From assembly GCA_035279385.1 (NCBI GenBank), contig DATEHZ010000061.1:4310-68309 (forward strand): DNA of 64,000 nt, in the 5' to 3' direction. This DNA is from Vulcanimicrobiaceae bacterium (GTDB taxonomy: Bacteria; Vulcanimicrobiota; Vulcanimicrobiia; Vulcanimicrobiales; Vulcanimicrobiaceae). The notes below the pieces were generated by a model, which was given only the letters and a program-made list of their open reading frames with translations, did not search any database and had not been told where the DNA came from. Below are positions 36,247-44,061 of the stretch, piece by piece. The stretch's first letter is position 1. Each line of letters begins with the position of its first letter. The position numbers were made by a program, and so were the translations under genes.

Positions 36247-36322
36247 TGGTGGAGGCAAGGAGACTCGAACTCCTGACCCTTACGCTGCCAGCGTAATGCT
36301 CTACCAACTGAGCTATGCCCCC
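36247..36322 (-). tRNA. tRNA-Ala(GGC), CCA encoded
   Basis: Reverse complement GGGGGCATAGCTCAGTTGGTAGAGC..TTACG-CTGGCAG-CGTAA.., G3:U70, ends ..TGCCTCCACCA. Confidence 0.9.
36250..36269 (-). repeat. Proximal copy of the 20-bp att-like repeat (inside tRNA-Ala)
   Basis: Identical to 33711-33730. Confidence 0.75.
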
Positions 36323-36362
36323 GAAGCGACCCGCAAAGATTCCCGGCGGGTCGTGAACATCC

Positions 36363-36435
36363 TGGAGATGAGGAGGCTCGAACTCCTGGCCCCCTGCTTG
36401 CAAAGCAGGTGCTCTACCAACTGAGCTACATCCCC
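36363..36435 (-). tRNA. tRNA-Ala(UGC), no encoded CCA
   Basis: Reverse complement GGGGATGTAGCTCAGTTGGTAGAGC.CCTGC-TTTGCAA-GCAGG.., G3:U70. Confidence 0.9.
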
Positions 36436-36573
36436 GCGTTTTATGGCGACCGGCGCACGTTCGCAAAGGGCGGCCGACTCACCTCCCCGGCCGGTAGTCC
36501 TAGTTTCAGATTCCTTTCATCACTTTGCGATACCCACTACGTAGATGGATACTGAAGATCGGAGGCGAGGACG

Positions 36574-37308
36574 ATGATCCACGCACTGCTCTTGGCCGCC
36601 ATCGGAGCAATGCCGCCGTGTTGGGATCTCTTCGATTCTGCACTTCGCCACAGCGCGAATGCCGCGCATCCGCCGTACGTAACCTACAGCGAGCGCATTG
36701 CGGTTTCGGAAGACGGCAACCCGGTCTTACGCAGCACCGCGCACGTCGATTATCGCGACGACGGTATCGCGCGCGTTTCGGACGAACGGTTCAACTTCGA
36801 GCCGTTCGTCACGCACCACGCCGAACCGGGTCCGCCCGAGCTTGGCCCGTACGGCAAGGGACGCGCCATGTGGTTGCCCGATTCGGACGCTTTGCCGATC
36901 ATCGCCCAAGTGCGCACGCTTGGCGCAATCACCTGCACGGTCGAAGATGAAGAACCGTACAAGGCGCACGACACCTATCATCTCGTCTTCACCGGCGCGT
37001 CCAATGAACGTCCGACGCTCAAAGACTTGTGGATCGATACGCGATCGCACGAGATTTGGAAACTGATCGTTACGGGTCCGGTTGCGTTTTGGGACGATAC
37101 GCAAGGGAACCGCGCGCTGGCGGAATTTCAAGTAGAACTGGGCTACAGCGGGCCGTATCTTGTGGTGAACCACGTCGTGTGGTCGTACGACCGCCGCGAA
37201 TTCTCGCAGCAGGTGCACTATTTCGGCGAGTACACCTTCACCGGATATGCGTTTCCCTCGGAACTGCCCGCCTCGTATTTCGGAGACGCCGCGGCCGCAC
37301 TGAAATAA
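36574..37308 (+). CDS. Hypothetical protein, paralog of 9787..10527
   Basis: SD GGAGG upstream, N-terminal signal-like segment, shared motifs with the other copy. Confidence 0.6.
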   Translation: MIHALLLAAIGAMPPCWDLFDSALRHSANAAHPPYVTYSERIAVSEDGNPVLRSTAHVDYRDDGIARVSDERFNFEPFVTHHAEPGPPELGPYGKGRAMWLPDSDALPIIAQVRTLGAITCTVEDEEPYKAHDTYHLVFTGASNERPTLKDLWIDTRSHEIWKLIVTGPVAFWDDTQGNRALAEFQVELGYSGPYLVVNHVVWSYDRREFSQQVHYFGEYTFTGYAFPSELPASYFGDAAAALK

Positions 37309-37338
37309 AAGAAGGACGCGAGGCGCGTCCTTCCGACA

Positions 37339-37415
37339 TGGTGGGCCATCCAAGGCTCGAACTTGGGACCTCATGCTTATCAAGCATGCGCTCTAACCAA
37401 CTGAGCTAATGGCCC
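37339..37415 (-). tRNA. tRNA-Ile(GAU), CCA encoded
   Basis: Reverse complement GGGCCATTAGCTCAGTTGGTTAGAGC.CATGC-TTGATAA-GCATG...GATGGCCCACCA. Confidence 0.9.
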
Positions 37416-37531
37416 GAACCAAGACCTAATGTTACCACACCGCGCAAGCCCCCCCTGCCGAACTTGTCTGGGCTAGAAGTCAGGCCGCCTGCCGCCCGAT
37501 GCGCCTCGGACGCGGCCGCGGCGATTTTCGG

Positions 37532-37822
37532 TTAGATCATCGCAATGTATTTTTTAAGGGCGGCATCGTCTTCTTTGAGCTGCTCGAGCATCATGTCGCG
37601 CAGCACGTTTGCTTCGCGCTCCAGCTCCGAACGCTCTTCCATTTCTTCATCGAATTGCGACTGCTGCGCCGTAACGGCATCGCTCTTCGGCGTCTTGGCA
37701 GCGCGCGTCGTCCCACGCGCTGCCACGGCTGCACGATCGATCACTCGGTGATCGACTCGATGAACTTCTTGGTGATTTGATTGTCGGCTTTGCGCTGCCA
37801 CAAAGCAAGGCAGGATAACCAC
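37532..37822 (-). CDS. Small hypothetical protein (start uncertain; possibly GTG at 37744)
   Basis: The C-terminal 60-70 aa are clean and helical (..EEMEERSELEREANVLRDMMLEQLKEDDAALKKYIAMI). The N-terminal third looks non-coding. Confidence 0.4.
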   Translation of the reverse strand: MVILPCFVAAQSRQSNHQEVHRVDHRVIDRAAVAARGTTRAAKTPKSDAVTAQQSQFDEEMEERSELEREANVLRDMMLEQLKEDDAALKKYIAMI

Positions 37823-37847
37823 AACATTATCGGTAACTTGCTCAACA

Positions 37848-39266
37848 ATGGCCGATAAATGTTGGCTTTACCTCGTTGTATCATCCGAAGCGCAGGAAGA
37901 CACGCTGGACGCGCAACGACGATGGGGGTTCGAGGAGGCCGCCCGTATCGGTGTGCGCGTTGATCCGGACGGCGTCTTTGAAGGAGTCGCCTCCGGCAAG
38001 CACGGCGCCCGAACGATCTTACTCGACCTGATCGCGAGGTTGCGCGCGCTCCCGAAGTCTGAGCGCCCGGCGCGTGTGCTGATGAATCGCCTGGACCGGA
38101 CGGGTCGCATGCCGCTAGACGCGATTTCTGCGCTGAACGACATTCGCAAACTCGGAGTCACAATCCGCGATCGGATTAACGGTGATTATACGTTTCAGCG
38201 CGTGATCGACCAAGTTGGGCCTATCTTCCAGCTGCTGCAGGCAGGGTTCGAAAACGAAGTTCGTTCCGATCGGTCGAGAGCCGGCCACAAACGCCGTCGC
38301 GACGAGGGAAAATTGATTCCGAGTAAACCGCCGTACGGCGTGAAGCGTGATGAACGCGGCAAAGCGATTCCGGATCCGAAATGCGCACGCGTTGTTCGAA
38401 AAGTCTTTGAGCGTTGGGCTGACGGCGATTCGCCTGCGGCGATCCTGCGATGGCTGCGCGAAAAGGCTCCGCCGCGCATCGGTCGCGGTGGCAAAGAGTA
38501 CCACATTCGGTGGAGCCTGTCCCATGTCTACAAAATGGTCGTGCTGGGCACTTACCGCGGCGTGGTAATCGACGAAGATCTCTGGCAGCGCGCTCAAAGT
38601 AGAAAGCGCAAGTACAGCCGTCCCGGGCCAGGCGGATACGTTTATCCATTTTCTGGCATTAAATGCACGTGCGGGCACACGCTGCGGGCCCGAACGAACG
38701 TATCGGCGTCACGCTATCGCCGAAGGGACGGCTCGGAAGTCATCTACACCCGCAGTCCAATCGTGTGGTACGTCTGCGGATCGCTGAAGCACGACGGCGT
38801 GAGGTATCTCTCTTTTCGTGAGGAGCGCATCGAAGAGCAGTGGCTAAAGATGCTGCGAATACTTTCATTGAAAAATGCTCCGTGGCCGACTTCGCAGCGT
38901 GCAACGAACCTGGGTCCGCGCATTGAAATGCTGACGCGCAGGCTCGATGTGCTCTTGGCACGACGTGATCGCGTCCATGCGGCTTTTGAAGATGGTACCT
39001 ACGATACGAAAACTATGCAGCGCCGACTCGCGGCCATCGACGAAGAGGAACGCAAACTGGAGGCCGACATCGCGGCGATACAGGCGCAGTATGAACGTGA
39101 ACGACAACGGCTCATTGATCGCGATCGCGCCGTGGCGTTGATAAAAAACGCTGCGAAGACGTACGCGAAGGCCACTCGCGAGGAACGTGCCCGGCTAAAC
39201 GCGGCTCTGTTCGCAGCGCTCGGACATCCCGTCATCACTGACGCATATCGCTTGACGCTGCCCTAA
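37848..39266 (+). CDS. Large serine recombinase (integrase)
   Basis: Resolvase catalytic domain (YLVVSSEAQ..LDRTGR), recombinase domain, Cys-rich zinc ribbon, C-terminal coiled coil. 472 aa. Confidence 0.85.
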   Translation: MADKCWLYLVVSSEAQEDTLDAQRRWGFEEAARIGVRVDPDGVFEGVASGKHGARTILLDLIARLRALPKSERPARVLMNRLDRTGRMPLDAISALNDIRKLGVTIRDRINGDYTFQRVIDQVGPIFQLLQAGFENEVRSDRSRAGHKRRRDEGKLIPSKPPYGVKRDERGKAIPDPKCARVVRKVFERWADGDSPAAILRWLREKAPPRIGRGGKEYHIRWSLSHVYKMVVLGTYRGVVIDEDLWQRAQSRKRKYSRPGPGGYVYPFSGIKCTCGHTLRARTNVSASRYRRRDGSEVIYTRSPIVWYVCGSLKHDGVRYLSFREERIEEQWLKMLRILSLKNAPWPTSQRATNLGPRIEMLTRRLDVLLARRDRVHAAFEDGTYDTKTMQRRLAAIDEEERKLEADIAAIQAQYERERQRLIDRDRAVALIKNAAKTYAKATREERARLNAALFAALGHPVITDAYRLTLP

Positions 39267-39275
39267 AGAGCAGAT

Positions 39276-39683
39276 TTAGAGGCTACGCTCCTCCGTCACG
39301 TTGATTGCGCGACCGTTGAGCGGTAAGTCCGATGCGGCGATGTACACGTTAAAGCGCTTGAAATACTGGAAGAATTCGCGGATTCCAATTTCAAAATGGA
39401 TGGCGCGGACCGGCGCCGGGTGGTGTGTGTTAAGAAAGTCTTTGGCTTGCTCATAGTTCGCGACCGGGATGACGTAGGCCGTGACTGACGCTGACGTTAC
39501 CGGTTCATCGAAGCGGCCGTTCTCGCCGTTGAACATACTGATTCCGATCAGAGACTCATCGTCTCGCAGGGCCCGCTTGTCGCGAAGATAGCGCTCGATC
39601 GATGGCAGCGGATGGTCGATGTTATCCGCTTCGACGGACCCTACCCACTCGCCGTACTGCACGCTGGCAACGAATTTCTTCAT
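39276..39683 (-). CDS. Hypothetical protein
   Basis: 135-aa ORF with lower GC, convergent with the recombinase. No family recognised. Confidence 0.5.
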   Translation of the reverse strand: MKKFVASVQYGEWVGSVEADNIDHPLPSIERYLRDKRALRDDESLIGISMFNGENGRFDEPVTSASVTAYVIPVANYEQAKDFLNTHHPAPVRAIHFEIGIREFFQYFKRFNVYIAASDLPLNGRAINVTEERSL

Positions 39684-39814
39684 GGTGCGGCCGTTATGCG
39701 GTTGGGTAAGCCGATTCCCGCCTCCATCGCGCGAAGCCGGATTCGGCGTAAGAATAGCGCTTTTCTAAACGCGATGCGGACTACGGCATAAGTATTAAGG
39801 TTTCGCGATTATCA

Positions 39815-39899
39815 AACGTATGTTTCATGCAGCGAAGGATCGAACGTATGTATCAGAGAGAATTTCGTTTGTTTAGCCAATCTATTGCGACAACGTATG
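39815..39899. promoter_or_regulatory. Three direct repeats AACGTATG(T/C) in the divergent control region
   Basis: AACGTATGTTTCA (39815), AACGTATGTATCA (39843) and AACGTATGCTCGA (39892) inside a 380-nt AT-richer intergenic region. Confidence 0.35.
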
Positions 39900-40063
39900 C
39901 TCGACAGCAAGCCGCCTGCGGATGTCATCGAACTTCCCGTGAGTCCCGAAACCACCAGGGTCGTACAGATCCTCGATGAGATCGAGCGTCGTTGTGCCGC
40001 GGAATCGTGCAATACACCAGAGGCTGCGTGACTGACGGCAACGCTGCCCAGCGGGAATCCCGA

Positions 40064-40813
40064 ATGGGCAATTACCGTGAGGTCGAGGTCACCGAGACAC
40101 CAGCAGCGCGCGCCGCTCGCCTCTCGAAGACCGCTGAAAATGTTGCGCCCATCAATGAAGAGATCGGAGTTGATGCGCGCCTAATCCAAGAACGAGGCGG
40201 CGCCGACCCGGAGGAGCGTGCCGACGAATCCGCGACGCAAGCGATGCGCGGTCCGACGCGCGGTAAAGGGGGAAGATCTCGCACCGGTCGACATCCTAAG
40301 CAGAAAAGAGGAACATGGACCTGCCCGGCATGCCACGTTGAATACTGCACGCATCGTCCGGTTGATGCGGGCAGGCCCTCAATCTATGACGAGCCGATGG
40401 CTCCAAATCCGTTCAAACCACGCATATTTAAGACGGAGGCGGAGTACTTTCGCTCTTCGGTAGACGTGACACTACTGTTGCGCGACGTTGTCAACATCAT
40501 GCGCGCTTACTTCGAACGCAACGGGATCGATCCCATTAAAGAGTTGCGTGAACGCGCACTGGAGCATTACCGCGGCGGCGGTCCAGCAACGATTGACGTG
40601 GAAATGCGCGTGGAAATTGCCGAGCGATGGCCCAAAGCGCTGCTCGAATGGTGGCGCAGCACGCGCACCGCGATCGGCGTCAATGATGCTGTGTTGTGCC
40701 GGGAACTAGTCGCAGATTTTTCGTGGCTGGCGCTCACGGATCCCGCGGTTTCAGAGCGCGCGCTTCGCGCCCTGGAGGATGCGGCGGAGAAGTTGCGTCG
40801 GATTACTGCTTGA
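40064..40813 (+). CDS. Hypothetical protein with CxxC..C..H knuckle
   Basis: Internal ATG chosen (MGNYREVEV..). WTCPACHVEYCTH. No family recognised. Confidence 0.5.
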   Translation: MGNYREVEVTETPAARAARLSKTAENVAPINEEIGVDARLIQERGGADPEERADESATQAMRGPTRGKGGRSRTGRHPKQKRGTWTCPACHVEYCTHRPVDAGRPSIYDEPMAPNPFKPRIFKTEAEYFRSSVDVTLLLRDVVNIMRAYFERNGIDPIKELRERALEHYRGGGPATIDVEMRVEIAERWPKALLEWWRSTRTAIGVNDAVLCRELVADFSWLALTDPAVSERALRALEDAAEKLRRITA

Positions 40814-40847
40814 TTTTGCAATACCAATAATGCTATATTCGCAAGAC

Positions 40848-40877
40848 GACGCCGCTGACAAACGGCGTCTTATTTTT
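40848..40877 (+). terminator. Rho-independent terminator
   Basis: Stem GACGCCG/CGGCGTC followed by ttattttt. Confidence 0.6.
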
Positions 40878-40902
40878 GTTGCGCAGTTGGGGAAGTTAAA
40901 GG

Positions 40903-41097
40903 ATGACGGACAACAACCGAATTCGCGCGGTGCGCGAGCGCCGCGGCCTGACGCAAAGCCAACTCGGCGAACTTATTGGAAAGTCGCAGCCTGAGGTGTC
41001 AAGGCTCGAGATTCCGTCCGTCGCGCCGCGGCCAAAGACGCTCCGCAAAATTGCTGCAGCGCTGGACGTAAGCCCGCACGACCTACTCGTCGCCTAA
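40903..41097 (+). CDS. XRE/Cro-CI family HTH regulator
   Basis: IRAVRERRGLTQSQLGELIGKSQPEVSRLE, a canonical HTH_XRE. 64 aa. Confidence 0.8.
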   Translation: MTDNNRIRAVRERRGLTQSQLGELIGKSQPEVSRLEIPSVAPRPKTLRKIAAALDVSPHDLLVA

Positions 41098-41117
41098 CGC
41101 GTAGATAAAAAAAACGA

Positions 41118-41145
41118 GCGCCGGCGGCAACCGGCGCGATTTCTT
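41118..41145. terminator. Hairpin with flanking A and T tracts
   Basis: aaaaaaaa-cga-GCGCCGG-cggcaa-CCGGCGC-gatttctt. Confidence 0.5.
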
Positions 41146-41156
41146 GAGGCATTTCG

Positions 41157-41996
41157 ATGGTATCAGAAGACGACGCGTCACGCAACATCGCGGAGCGCGA
41201 CGAACGAAGGTGGTACGAAAAATCCCAAGCGGCGCTTCCCATTCTCGCCGGTTTACCAGCCTGCGCGTACGCTGTGTTTTATTGCATCCTCGGCCACGTT
41301 AAACCGGGCACCAACACGTGGTCAATGTCATACGCCGAGGTTGAGCGTGAGACGAAGATATCGCGAAGCAGCGTTGTTCGAGGCGTGCGTGAGCTCCGGC
41401 AGTCCATGCTTCTGCACACGGCTCAGCAGAAGCGTGAGCGCACCATTTTCACCTTGCATATTCCCGAACCGGTGTCAGGATTGACTGGTGTCGGGGTTGA
41501 GCATGATTACGGTGTCAGTGTTGAGCACGGTTCCGGTGTCAGGGTTGACGCATCACTGGTGTCAGCGCACGAAGAGCCTCCCAGCACACCCGATCCCAAT
41601 TCCCAACACGTCCCAGCAGCAGCCGCGCGCGTAAGTGAATCGGACCTAAAAGAAGCGTGGTCCAAGGAATCACCTTCGGCATATCCGGGCGTACGCACGT
41701 GGTCCGCATTCGTCGCGAAGAAAATTGAAAAAGGCGAAATGCCGGCGAAACGTTCAAATGACTCCCACGCAGTTTTATCGGGCACATGTGAGTGTTGCGG
41801 TAACCGAAAAACGGGGCGGCGCGTAGAGCCGTCGTTCGAGGATCTGATGCAGAGAGGCGACGTACTGCCCTGTGATCGGCCGTTCTTTTGCTTCGGCTGC
41901 TTAGAATTGTCGCAGCACGAACGGGACCGCCTGACACGCGAAAGGCGCGAGAAAGAGCAACAATGCGAATGGCAGACGGAGGACTATGCGGCATGA
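41157..41996 (+). CDS. Winged-helix DNA-binding, replication-initiator-like protein (uncertain)
   Basis: ISRSSVVRGVRELRQSMLL resembles the wHTH of phage/plasmid Rep/O-type proteins. Iteron-like repeats lie inside the gene. C-terminal Cys cluster. Confidence 0.45.
   Translation: MVSEDDASRNIAERDERRWYEKSQAALPILAGLPACAYAVFYCILGHVKPGTNTWSMSYAEVERETKISRSSVVRGVRELRQSMLLHTAQQKRERTIFTLHIPEPVSGLTGVGVEHDYGVSVEHGSGVRVDASLVSAHEEPPSTPDPNSQHVPAAAARVSESDLKEAWSKESPSAYPGVRTWSAFVAKKIEKGEMPAKRSNDSHAVLSGTCECCGNRKTGRRVEPSFEDLMQRGDVLPCDRPFFCFGCLELSQHERDRLTRERREKEQQCEWQTEDYAA
41471..41565 (+). repeat. Five iteron-like direct repeats GGTGTCRGKGTTGAS
   Basis: Copies start at 41471, 41487, 41511, 41535 and 41558 (the last is partial). 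Confidence 0.6.
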
Positions 41997-42181
41997 CAAT
42001 GGACGGACTGGCTGCAGCAGCACGTCGTCACGGCGCGGCGTTCAAATATCGCGAGGACGGCACTATCGTCACGATCGGGCTCGAGCGGCTCCCCGCCGAT
42101 TTGCGCCAGCAGGTCCTTCTTCGGATCGACGACGTGCGGCGCAGCGTCGCGCGGAGTCGAGAGGCACACGTAGCAAAATGA
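41993..42181 (+). CDS. Hypothetical small protein
   Basis: ATGA overlap with the upstream stop. 62 aa. Confidence 0.45.
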   Translation: MTMDGLAAAARRHGAAFKYREDGTIVTIGLERLPADLRQQVLLRIDDVRRSVARSREAHVAK

Positions 42182-42705
42182 GCACTCCAATAGCCCCAAA
42201 TGGCGGAAAAACGGCAGTTCGTTTTCGCGGCTCACGCGCAGAAAAGCCCGATGATACGGACGATCCCGAGGGTTCGTTTTTCCAAAACGACCGCGGGCAC
42301 CATAACGAGAAGTCCAGAACCCGTGCCGATGTGGCGCTCACGTCCGCTGAAGCGGTCTCAATGCTTGCGGGTGAAGTTGGCTTCGACGCGGAGATGGCCA
42401 AGCTGCAAGAGATGATGCGCCAGTCGACGCGCAAAATGCTCGATGAGGCGCGTTCAACGCGCGCGAAAACCGATGTGCTGACGTACTGTTTGGCGCTTCG
42501 TACCGCACTTGCGTTCGGCCAGGGCTTCTGTGCTCGCGAACTCGATGAGGACGAGACAGAGCGGATACATGAGCGATTAACGCTGAGGGCGGCGCGTGCC
42601 GTGCTGGCCAACGTCGAAAAGGCGGTTGAGCGCCAGATGTGGTTCACCGCGTACGATGCCTTGAACGCGTTTTTGATATCGGCGCTATCGTCTGGAGGGC
42701 GATGA
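42178..42705 (+). CDS. Hypothetical protein
   Basis: ATGA overlap with the upstream stop. 175 aa. Confidence 0.5.
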   Translation: MSTPIAPNGGKTAVRFRGSRAEKPDDTDDPEGSFFQNDRGHHNEKSRTRADVALTSAEAVSMLAGEVGFDAEMAKLQEMMRQSTRKMLDEARSTRAKTDVLTYCLALRTALAFGQGFCARELDEDETERIHERLTLRAARAVLANVEKAVERQMWFTAYDALNAFLISALSSGGR

Positions 42706-43607
42706 TGGGCGAGGTTATTGCGCTCGGCGAGCGCTGTCGAGGCGGACCGCGAACGGACGCTGGTAAGCGCCGATCCAGCCGCAACGCGATGAAGACCGGG
42801 GTGTTCGCTGAGGCCATCGTCATTCGTGGCGTCGAATCGCAAGACGCGTTTGATACCTTGGTCAAGTCCGTCGTCGGTTTTCATGACATCGAAGATCCCG
42901 TGACGCTGCTCGCTGCTGAAAGGTTTATTGCGATCGCATGGCGCCTGCGCCGCGTGCGTCGTATTGAAACTGAGAAACTGACGGAAAAGGGCCGGCAGTA
43001 CGTGGCCGCCTCTGAGGATTTGCAAGCACGACATCGATTTCTTGAAATACTCAATGGTTACCGGCGAGCCGTCTCGGACGTCTCATCGGTCGGTACACTG
43101 GAAATCGAAACGATCGACAATGCTGTCAACGGCGTGCAGTACGTCCTGCATTACGTTCTCGGGCTAATCGACTGGAAAGCGAACTGCGTTGAAGGACAAG
43201 TTTGCTTCGAGGCGCCCCGGCTAGAGCGTATCTTAGATCGCGGGAAGCGGGTCCGCGGGAAAACCGCCCGTGCGGCTTTTGACGATGCGCGCCTGCTCCT
43301 CCCCGACGTGTTCGACAAGCAGAAAAATGTCGAAGAATTCCTGTGGAGGATGTACCGCGCACTCGATGAGATAGTCGACGCGCAGCGCTCAGAAATAGAC
43401 GAACACGAACGCAAAGCTCTTCGCGCGTTCGTCGATGCGATGGAACTTGACTGGCAGGACGAGCGGTCGCTAAGCAACGCAGAGCGACGCCTGGACGCGC
43501 AATTCAGTCGCGCGCTGGCAGACTTTCACGCCGCCCGCCGAGCCGTCGCCGAAGACGCGGCTGATGTGCATGCGAAACGACGCGGCGCTCAGGTGGCGAA
43601 TCAGTAA
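42702..43607 (+). CDS. Hypothetical protein
   Basis: ATGA overlap with the upstream stop. 301 aa, helical. Confidence 0.5.
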   Translation: MMGEVIALGERCRGGPRTDAGKRRSSRNAMKTGVFAEAIVIRGVESQDAFDTLVKSVVGFHDIEDPVTLLAAERFIAIAWRLRRVRRIETEKLTEKGRQYVAASEDLQARHRFLEILNGYRRAVSDVSSVGTLEIETIDNAVNGVQYVLHYVLGLIDWKANCVEGQVCFEAPRLERILDRGKRVRGKTARAAFDDARLLLPDVFDKQKNVEEFLWRMYRALDEIVDAQRSEIDEHERKALRAFVDAMELDWQDERSLSNAERRLDAQFSRALADFHAARRAVAEDAADVHAKRRGAQVANQ

Positions 43608-43624
43608 GAACGGAGGTGTTTTCA

Positions 43625-43792
43625 GTGGGACAACTCGTCAAAGGGCTTCGTCCGGGAACCATGATTCACACGACCGCGGGAACCTTCCGCAACGGCAGCG
43701 AGCCGACGAAAGAGCAAGCCGACGCGCTGAAAAAGCAAGGTTACACGCTGGAGGAGAGCCCCGAAACGCTCGCTCCCGCTTGGGGTCGCTGA
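43625..43792 (+). CDS. Hypothetical small protein (below the ORF-track cutoff)
   Basis: GTG start 8 nt after GGAGGT. 55 aa, MGQLVKGLRPGTMIHTTAG... Confidence 0.4.
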   Translation: MGQLVKGLRPGTMIHTTAGTFRNGSEPTKEQADALKKQGYTLEESPETLAPAWGR

Positions 43793-43822
43793 CCCGGTTT
43801 TTACCTGAGCGAAGAACGATTC

Positions 43823-43856
43823 GCCGACGCATCTTGCGCCGGCAATTTTTATTTTA
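43823..43856 (+). terminator. Intra-operon terminator/attenuator
   Basis: Stem GCCGACGC/GCGCCGGC (one mismatch) followed by aatttttatttt. Confidence 0.5.
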
Positions 43857-43869
43857 CGAAAGAGGTGCC

Positions 43870-44061
43870 ATGTCAAACGAATTGAGCGATGCGCTCGACG
43901 ACATCACGCGTCGCCACTCCGCAGCCGAACACAGCGTTGTGCCCGCGGCCGCATATGGTGAGCGTCGCGATTCTGCCGTATCGCCGGACCATTACAAAAC
44001 CGGAGTCGAGACGGATGGGACATCCGAAGGTGCCGCAGCCCCGGAAGAAGGCGCCCAATGA
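43870..44061 (+). CDS. Hypothetical small protein
   Basis: SD AGAGG upstream. 63 aa. Its stop overlaps the next ATG. Confidence 0.4.
   Translation: MSNELSDALDDITRRHSAAEHSVVPAAAYGERRDSAVSPDHYKTGVETDGTSEGAAAPEEGAQ

Larger units (their letters stand above)
33711..36249. mobile_element. About 2.5-kb integrase-less islet inserted at the 3' end of tRNA-Ala(GGC)
   Basis: Perfect 20-bp direct repeats at both ends. Visibly lower GC than the flanks. Only two cargo genes. Confidence 0.55.

Noticed and set aside
36086-36466. ORFs overlapping tRNA genes: 36086..36466, 36158..36424, 2813..3175, 2934..3275, 4158..4349 and 16386..16727.
   Set aside because: They are composed largely of tRNA sequence or its complement, with no coding signal.
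40812-40840. Promoter-like TTGATT-18-TATATT just after the stop of 40064..40813.
   Set aside because: A strong terminator (40848-40877) lies between it and the next gene (XRE), so it is unlikely to be the XRE promoter. Left uncalled.
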